Of a DNA stretch of 64,000 bases, positions 34,345-64,000 are shown piece after piece. The DNA comes from Octopus vulgaris (lineage: Eukaryota), in assembly GCA_951406725.2 (NCBI GenBank), contig OX597819.1, positions 54,808,001 through 54,872,000 of the forward strand, given 5' to 3'. Below the pieces are notes generated by a model, which saw nothing but the letters and a program-made list of their open reading frames with translations, made no database searches and was not told the DNA's origin. Positions within the stretch are counted from its first letter, which is position 1, and the number at the start of each line of letters is the position of its first letter. Both the position numbers and the translations under genes were made by a program.

Positions 34345-35605
34345 CTAGCAGTATCGCCCGGCGTTGCTCGGGTTGTAAGGGAAATAACTATATAAGCATT
34401 TTTAGAGAGTTATAGCCAAAAAATAGCAAAAAAATGCATTAAAAATTGAAAATAAATTAAGGTAAATTTTTTTTTAAATCGTTGACACATCGTAGATATT
34501 TTTAGAGAGTTACTTCCCTTATATAAAAGCGAAAAAAATGCATTAAAATGGAAAAATATGATGGTAAATTTTTTTAAAATCGTAGACTCATCGTAGACGC
34601 GCGCTAATACCCAGAAGGGCTCAATATGAATCACGACTATAAGATACCCGCTTTTGGTTAAACTGCACCGCAAAATGTGGGAGTAGTTACGAATCTAAAT
34701 CGTAGGAGACAGACACACAACTTCACTCTTATATAAAGATGCTTTTTTTTTCAGTCATAGAGTTAGATTTATGAAGGTCTTCAGTAGAAAATCCTTCGAA
34801 TTCTGACTCGCTGCTTGATATAATGAAATTCGTATCCATTTTTTGTCAGAATTACAAATTTTGAAAACACAATAGGAACAAATTTCGGAAAAAAATCTCC
34901 CATAATTCACGGAATTAAAATTACACTTCGATTTTTGTACAAAACTGTATTTGAAGTGTTTACGAAGTATAATACGTATTTTCACGAATGTACTAAAGAG
35001 ATTTACTCTGATATTCTCATTTAAATATGAATAGGTAAATTCGGGCGGTTTGGTAACGAAAGGGTTAAACGGATGCATACATTTATTAATAACTATATAT
35101 AAGTGTCGTCTGTTTATACATAAACACTGTTTCATACTTTCAGTTTAGTCTTCCTCAAATCACTCTGTCGCTATTTACTCTCTTCCAAGAACATTTTTCA
35201 CTCACTCTTATCTCCTAGCTTGCCATACATTTTACTCATGTATCTATCAGCGTGATAGACAGAAACAAATATTACATGGCCATCGCCATCGCCATCGCAT
35301 TCTATTGTCTACCTGTCAACACACAGACAGTGAATTAGTTTCACTTTATTCGTTGCACACTGTGTGTGTGCGTGTGCGTGTGGTGTAAACCACATTAAGA
35401 AAAGCATTTGACATACACACCAGTATGTGAGTTTTCTGTAAATTTTGCTTAATTGGAGTTTAAATTTTAAAAACTGGACCTGGCATGACCCGATGCATTC
35501 TACTCTTAAAAATGCTAGGTAAATTGTAATTGAAGAAATCCTATATTGTAGATTTCTATAAGTGACAAAGGGAGGCAGATAAAATCTGCCTTTTATAATA
35601 AGAGA
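34345..35605 (-). mobile_element. Non-autonomous Helitron present only in copy 2
   Basis: Minus strand 5' TC, 3' cccgagcaacgccgggcgatactgCTAG; sits at an A|T site with no TSD; empty site at about 1256 in copy 1. Confidence 0.85.
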
Positions 35606-35652
35606 TATTTCGACAATGCCTGTTATTTGAACTCATTATTGTAGAATATAGA

Positions 35653-35699
<47 letters not shown>

Positions 35700-36125
35700 T
35701 CACTCTCTCTCACTCTCTCTCTCTCCCTCTCTGTACATATACATTTCTACATTAGAGTTATTACCTTCCTTGGCGTAAGCGTAACACATGGACAAAATTG
35801 ACAAGAACGGTGATGATAATAATGAAAACAACTCAGCACAAACGGTTATAGATAAATTTATTTATTTCTTTATTGCCCACATGGGACTGAACATAGAGGA
35901 GACAAGCAAGGATAGGAAAAGAGATTAAGTCTATTACATCGACTCCAGTGCATAACTGGTACTTATATAATCGACGCCGAAAGGATGAAAGGAAAAGTCG
36001 ACCTCGGCGGAATTTGAACTCAAAACGTAAAACGTAAAGACAGACGAAATACCACTAAGCATTTCGCCCTGCGTGCTTACCATTCTGCCAGCTTGCCGGC
36101 TCGCAGTCCTTTATAGATAGATTTA

Positions 36126-56932
<20,807 letters not shown>

Positions 56933-56982
56933 GGTTGTACACATATCCTTCCACTTGGGCAGCCAATTCGAATGGGATCATC

Positions 56983-56990
56983 CTTATATA
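56983..56990 (-). promoter_or_regulatory. TATA box of gene B (TATATAAG)
   Basis: Same position relative to the ATG as in gene A. Confidence 0.55.
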
Positions 56991-57899
56991 CAGAAAGAGA
57001 CAGATTGTTGAATTCACAAAGTTGCTATACCATTTGTATTTAAGCGAAATTCAATTTTTAGTGCAACAATAGGAAGCGATAAAGAAACTTTTTTTCTTTA
57101 GAAAGACTAAGATCAATATATTCTGAATGTATCGATCTTAGTCTTTCCAACTGCGCAGTATATGTTTTGCTGAGGAAGCATCTTTTTTTTTTTTGCCTTT
57201 CTCAATTCGTTTTAAGGATTACGTTCACTCAAATTTCGATTGACTATATTTTACAAAATGTTCGATCAACTGACCTTTTTGGGGAGTTATCGCCCTTGTT
57301 TGTTGATTGCGGTTTTTTTTTTTTTTCAAACATCCAACAGGGAGTTTTGCTTGAATAATCTTTGTTGATCGAGGCTTTTCAATTCACTGTGCTTCATTTA
57401 GCTGTACTTTGTACAAAGGAAGCTCCCTTGGTGTATTTCATCTTAACCATATTGTTAATATAAATAATCGACGTTCGTATACCTTTTTTGTTTTTGTATT
57501 GATATATCAATCATTCACTTTCACAATGTAATATTATGATTCACTGATGAGGTCTAATAAGACCGAAACATGCCCGTTGCTTTCACCAGTTGGCTTGAAA
57601 GACTTGATCCATTTCAATCCCGCTTTGTCGATTCTGTATAAAAATTTCATTAACTGATCATATTGGAGTTACCTCTTTTTAGATTTTAAACAATCCTAAT
57701 GTAGTTATGGGTTACTAATTGCTTGAATAATCTCAGTCGATTGAAGTGCTTCAGTTCACTATATTGCATATGTGAGACTATTCAAAATTCGTATATTTGT
57801 ACCCGATTTTCAGATTTCAGATATTTTCCCGTTTACTATACCGGTTAACCGTAAATGTTTATGTATATGTATAAATATACATACACGTGTGCGCGCACC

Positions 57900-58902
57900 T
57901 CTTTTACTCTTTTCCTCTTTTACTTGTTTCAGTCATTTGACTGCGGCCATGCTGGAGCACCGCCTTTAGTCAAGCAAATCTACCCCAGTACTTATTCTTT
58001 GTAAGCCTAGTACTTATTCTATCGTTCTCTTTTGCCGAACCGCTAAGTTACGGGGATGAAAGGCAAAGTCGACCCCGGCAGAATTTGAACTCTGAACGTA
58101 AAGACAGTCGAAATACCGCTAAGCATTTCACCCGACGTGCTAACGTTTCTTATTTCTTTATTGCCCTCAAGGAGCTAAACATTGAGGTGACAAACGAGGA
58201 TAGACAAACGGATTAAGTTGATTATATCGACCCCAGTGCGTAACTGGTACTTATTTAATCGACCCCGAAAAGATGAAAGGCAAAGTCGACCTCGGCGGAT
58301 TAAATAAGTACCGGTTATGCACTGGGGTCGATGTAATCGACTTAATCCCTTTGTCTGTCCTTGTTTGCCCACTCTTTGTTTAGCCCCTTGTGGGCAATAA
58401 AGATATAAGAATACTGGAGGGCTCCACTGCCACAGGTTTGACCATAAATCTGTTAGAGACCGGTCGACACTTTGCCCTTCTTGCCTTGACGAACAGTAAA
58501 CCTTGGGTTGACAACCGGACACGTTGTTTCAAATTAAAGCAGAAAGTCAGCAATTTTCTCGATTGCGCCAATTCCATTACTTCACTGGTACTTTGTTCTT
58601 TGGAACTCAGAGGGATGAAAGCTAAAGTAGACTTTTGTAAGATTTGAACTCAGAAGGAATGTGCTAGAACAAATGCGGCAAAGCAGTTTTTCAAGCGCTC
58701 AAACAAGTGTGGAAAACATTGTATATTCATGTCGAATGTTCTGTGGCATGAAAAAGAAGTTTAAAAGAAAATAACTGAATGGGAATGAAAAGGTGCAGGT
58801 ATGGATGTGTGGTAAGAAGCTTGCTTCTCTACCACATGGTTCCGGGTTCAGTCCTATTGCATGGCACCTTGGGAAAGCATCTTCTACCATAGCTTCGTGC
58901 CG

Positions 58903-58974
<72 letters not shown>

Positions 58975-59200
58975 TTATTTATTTATTTAATTATATATAT
59001 ATATATATGGATGTAAATATCTATGTGACTGTCTTTGTGTCTGTCTTCCCAACCGGTGTTGATGTGTTTAGGCCCTCATAAGTTAACGGTTTGGTAAAAG
59101 ACAGATAGAATAAGTACTTGACTTTATGAAAAATAAGAACAGGGGTCGATTTCTTCGACGAAAACCTTTGGAAGCGGTGCTCCAGCATGGCCCCAGTCAA
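57900..59200. mobile_element. Cluster of rearranged SINE family 1 and family 2 pieces
   Basis: Multiple partial family matches in both orientations. Confidence 0.7.
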
Positions 59201-59690
59201 ATTAAATAAAATGGAATTGCTTCTGATCTTTTAGTTATTTCCCTTTAGTAAGACCCTTTTTTTCTTGTTTGTTCCGATTTTGGAAGCTTATGCTAGAGTT
59301 ACCTCCCCTGAAGAGCAGAAAACCGTTTAAAATTTAATAGGAAGTTTCTACGCTAGAAACAGCGGCAAAACTTTCCTCAAATGACACTCTACCGTCTTCA
59401 AATAGAAAATAATATGTTTAGGGGAAGAATCACTGTGGGTCAGTGAAGGTTAGCACAGGATCCAGGAGGTGTACACAGTATGACAATACTGATGTCAAGA
59501 GGGAAAGAGTATTGTAGAGAGTGTACTGTAAGGGGATAAGAGACAGCTACAGTAAAGCGGTAATTTAAATTAATTTAAATGAAATTAATTAATAATAAGG
59601 AATCATCTTTTGGTAATTCACTGCGAGAGATTGCATCATGCCATTGCTTTAACATTACACCAATTAATCTAAATAACTTATTGCCTCTGG

Positions 59691-59799
<109 letters not shown>

Positions 59800-59899
59800 C
59801 GTGCGCGCGTGTGTGTGTTTGTGTGTGTGTGTGTTGCTAAGATGTACTATATCAAACGCAAGGGACGGGTTAGGACTTTATATCCGCGAGTTCCACAAA

Positions 59900-60420
59900 T
59901 ACTGCTGTTGGTATGTGCGGCCTCACCTGGAATTTGCATCACCGGTCTGGAACCTCTATCTTGCCCAGGGTATTAATCGTCTGGAAACCGTACAGCGACG
60001 TGCAACCAAGAGAATACCCTCCATCAGGCATTTGCCATATTCTGAACGCCTTACTTCCCTGGGCATGGACACATTGAAACTCCGACGTATGGCAGCTAAC
60101 TTGGCAGACACCCATAAAATTATTAATCATCTTACTAACAATAACTCTGAGCACCTTTTCAAACTCCACCCGTCCAACACCCGTGGACGTGTTTACAAAG
60201 TCAGAAAACGGCACAGCTACCATGACTTTCCGAAACATTTTTTCATGCTAAGAGTTGCTGAAGTATGGAACAAACTGCCGGCATCAGTTTTTTTGTTGTC
60301 AGAGCATTGCATCCTTTAAAACTCCCATGCTTCCCGAGATTCGCCAACACTACACCTGATTTTCTCCCCTCCAACCACACGCAAGCTGACTCATACATTG
60401 TTCACTTTCCAGACATTGCT
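59900..60420 (+). mobile_element. CR1/L2-type LINE 3' fragment
   Basis: VRPHLEFASPVW...LETVQRRATKRI...YSERL...LKLRR, typical ORF2 C-terminus. Confidence 0.88.
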
Positions 60421-60879
60421 GACAAACGTGTTTTGGAAGTAGACAATTTTTAGTTGTAACTGGAATCAGTGGGGCTACACCGATAGGAGAGAGAAAAAAA
60501 AACGGTATCGTAATCTTCTCATTCTTAGGCAGAAATTCTGTAATCTGACATGTGACCAGCAGCGATATTTTCTACTGTATTAACCTGAAATAAATCGGAT
60601 ACAGACCCCAAAATTGCAAGCTGCAAAGTACAGCCTGCTCTTCAGTAGACATTGACGACGTGAATGCTACTCTTAGAAAGACATGAACAGGGTGGAGATT
60701 CTAGAAGATCTTCAGACTGGAAATAAGGCGGTGTAAGGGTTGCGCGTAAGATGGGTGATTGGAGGAAGAGAGACGAATGAGTCGGCACTGACTGAGTGAA
60801 GGATGAGGCTCAATGCGAAGATCCTTCAATAATTTGGGCAATCTCTTGTCTCCTTTTAAAAATTGTAATCCTTACTTTG

Positions 60880-61740
60880 GATTGATCCAAGCCTTTTGGC
60901 ATAGACTAGTCGGTTAGTAAAAAAAAACAAAACCTTCTCTACTTAAGGCTTTTAACATCTCAAGTAGAATTTCCTCCTCCTCAAAGGCTTTGTTACATTA
61001 GAGCGCTTCAATCGCACCTGTTATTTCAGCTTCCTTAAGGTTAGTCTTCGCCCACAGAAGCACCTTGTGTCCACCAGAAATGTGATTGGATTTAGATCAG
61101 CAAAGTATTCTCTCCATTTCCAAAGAATGCTATTCCCTGCAGAGAGAGTCTTAGCCGACTTTTTAATGGCAAGTTTAGAAGAAAATTTCTTATTACGAAG
61201 TCAGCGGATGGTCAGCCAGAATAATCCATTGGCCAATCTAAATCCAGGGCTCATTCTATCCCCAATGTCCACCCATGACTTAGCCTTGAACGTTTTTACT
61301 GTCTCTGCAGCAACTTTTCGCGCCTCATTGTCCCGCATGCGCAAAAGGTAAGACTTGTTTCCAAGCCAAGCTTTGTAAGTCTTCTTCTTTATTCGAATGG
61401 CGTGTTTACCTTTCTAGTTAAACCAGGGTGTTCTTTTACGACTTGGCGCCACGCAGAATTGCTTTCGTCCACAGCATTATTTAGCTGAAGAAGAAACTAC
61501 CGAACAAAACAATTTCCATTCCGTTTCGGCGGCCTCAGTTTGTTCAGGATGTTCTCTGAATTTGGATGCAATATTTGTCCGCATATTTGTTTCAGATCCC
61601 ATCATCTGTTGGGGTTTCCCACTTTATCCTGTAATATGCACTGAACTTTACAGTTTTGTGAGTTTTCCCTGCTGTAGATAGTCTAAGGTTGCTGACAACT
61701 AGGTGGCGATCAGTTGATAGCTTAGTCCCCCTCTTTAAAC
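60880..61740 (-). mobile_element. Degenerate RTE-like LINE fragment (end of endonuclease to start of RT)
   Basis: KRGTKLSTDRHLVVS and KKTYKAWL on the minus strand; many stops. Confidence 0.6.
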
Positions 61741-62974
61741 TGCACAGCCAGAAAATTTATGAAGCAAGGATTTTATAAGCTTCTTTACTGAGTTCAAATT
61801 CCGTCGAGGTCGACTTTGCTTTTCATCCTTTCGAGGTCAATAAATTAAGTACCAGTTGTATACTGAGGTCGATCTAATCGATTGGCTCCAAAAATTTCGA
61901 GCCTTATGCCTTGAAAAGAAAAGGATATTATGTCAATGTAGATAAAATGTTAATTCGTTATTTATTTGAGTAACTCACGCATTCTTCAGACAATATAGGG
62001 CAATATGGGACCAATAGATTGTTTACATTTTGTGTGATTGGCTGTCCATATACACTAAAAAAGCTTATAAAATCCTTACTTTATAATTTTTTTGCTTATG
62101 CAGTATAAACCTAACAAACTTTCAATATATTAAACTAAAATGAGCCAGTGAGGAACTACCAATGTAGTCGCGAAATTTGTTCATTTCATGCCTGTATCAG
62201 CCTTAGAATACTATGTATCATCCTTTAAGGGGTTTCAGGCCTAAGTTCCACGAAAACGAATAATCATAGCTAACACTTCGCCGATGGAGTTAACCCAAAA
62301 CAACGAGATCGAAATATATTCGGTATTTAAACTTAGATTATATTTGTATATCTCTCTACCAACAGTTTGTCCTACTGTTTCAAGTGTTTATATTGATTTA
62401 TTTACCAATTTCTATATCGGAATGAATATTTTTGTCTTTGCACAGAATGTTCGGGGGTTTTGTCACTGAAGATAACGAGTCAGGTCGAAACACCAGTGTC
62501 TAACGACCTGCCGACAACATTGTGAACGGGTTCCGTATTTTTGAACACAATTCTCAATGAGAAGTTTGTCTGGGGACGTCCTACGTTTGTATATTCATTA
62601 TAAATGTCATAAACATCCTTGCTTTTCCTTCTGTTTATGGTTTCGTACGACCGAATGCCATATATTCTGGTTCCACACGAATGCAATGTAATCCCTTTTT
62701 AACTGTTCTTGAGTATATTGCATATTCGTTATGTAGTGGCCGTTTGTTTTAGGATTCAAAACTTCATTCAATAACCAGACTTTTACGTTAGACATCCTTC
62801 ATTAGAACTCCTTCATTTATCGATTTCCTGCTGGTTAATGAAAATTCAGAAGCTGGATTTTAAACCATACAATTGTAAACAGTGGAAATATAATAGTTGA
62901 ATATTAATTTGTGTTCTTATTTTGTTACACCACAGCTGCTTTGTGTAATAATGTTTATTAAATGATTTATTATT

Positions 62975-63200
62975 ATTTAAGAAACACACAAAAGCCGTTC
63001 GATTCACTTCAACATTTAAGTTTAATTTATCAAAATATTTTCGTCGCATTAAGACCGCGACCTGTTCACTGACAAAAATCCGTGATGCAGCACGGATTTT
63101 TGTCAGTGAACAGGTCGCGGTCTTAAAGCGACGAAAATATTTTGACAAATTAAACTTAAATGTTGAAGTGAATCGAACGGCTTTTGTGTGTTTCTTAAAT
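62975..63200. repeat. 226-bp near-perfect palindrome, probably inverted Penelope-like pseudo-LTR ends
   Basis: 113-bp arms centred at 63087/63088, three mismatched pairs, no spacer. Confidence 0.9.
63099..63149 (+). ncRNA. Minimal type I hammerhead ribozyme-like motif with variant core (mirror copy on the minus strand at about 63026-63076)
   Basis: Stem I tttgtca/tgacaaa, core GUGAACA, stem II gtcgc/gcgac, GAAA, palindromic stem III AAUAUU. Confidence 0.5.
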
Positions 63201-64000
63201 GGCTTAAAACACCTTCCACGCTGCAATTGTTTTCGTTTCAGCACACGATCTCAGATCAAATCACTTGCTATGCAAGTATATCTCCGTAATTTATTATTAT
63301 TGCTAGCCATTAAATGAAATAACTTCTTATTGAAAACCAGGGAAAATGTTTACTCACTTGGATTTATATCATACTTTTGTAAATAAACCAATCGATATTT
63401 TTTGCGTGAGAGTACTCGTAAGCAAACATCTAGTGAACACACGTTCTTTTGAGAGATATTATTATATTTGAATAATGAGAGTTAAAAATGTGAAGGAACA
63501 TATGTTCTTAACGGTAATTGATTCACTAGCCAATTGTATAAACTATGAAAATCACGTATCAGTTGGATATAGTGTTGGTTAAAATTAATAGATAAAACAT
63601 CTATTGTGTTGCAACAACTGCTTCATACACTGGGGGCAAATGTCAAAAATGTGCATCATGAAAAAAATAAGATGTGTTTGGAAGAAAATTTCCAGCAAAA
63701 ACAAAACAAAAAAAGCACGAATGAAAACATTAGCATAAAACAATAAACAAATCATAAAATCCTCACACATTTACGAATATGTGTTGCGTGTATGTGTAGT
63801 CTAAATAAGAGTGCGTTTAGTTGTGTATGTATGTGTGTGTATGTGGACAAATGGGCTGCTTCGGCTCAGTGTTTAAGATGCATCTCTGTTTGCTAACTAA
63901 AGTGTTGATCTTTCACACTATGTCAGTGGCTTTGTGTAGTGTGTGACTGGAATAAAGATATGCTGTCAATGTATAGATATTATGTCAATGTAGATTAAGG

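Noticed and set aside
62846-63244. 132-aa ORF across the palindrome
   Set aside because: A by-product of the inverted repeat with no protein motif.

Overview
Eukaryotic, AT-rich, repeat-dense DNA. The tRNA-derived SINE families and microsatellites look like those of octopus genomes (taxon inferred, not proven). The window is largely a tandem segmental duplication: 1-22658 is repeated at about 33059-57563. Each copy holds an intact six-exon minus-strand gene, which I reconstructed by hand from GT-AG junctions and reading phase. Each gene encodes a 308-aa secreted protein with a signal peptide, behind a TATA promoter. The C-terminal two-thirds aligns by eye with the Cyt/volvatoxin pore-forming toxin pattern (inference). 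A third, divergent but intact copy of the terminal exon lies alone at 28505-28696 and may be an alternative last exon. The rest is mobile DNA: SINEs, mariner remnants, non-autonomous Helitrons, a stack of RLE-type (R4/Dong-like) LINE 3' ends, Gypsy, CR1/L2 and RTE fragments. There is also a 226-bp palindrome carrying a hammerhead-ribozyme-like motif with a swapped G3-C8 core pair. All alignments and counts are manual; no database searches were run.
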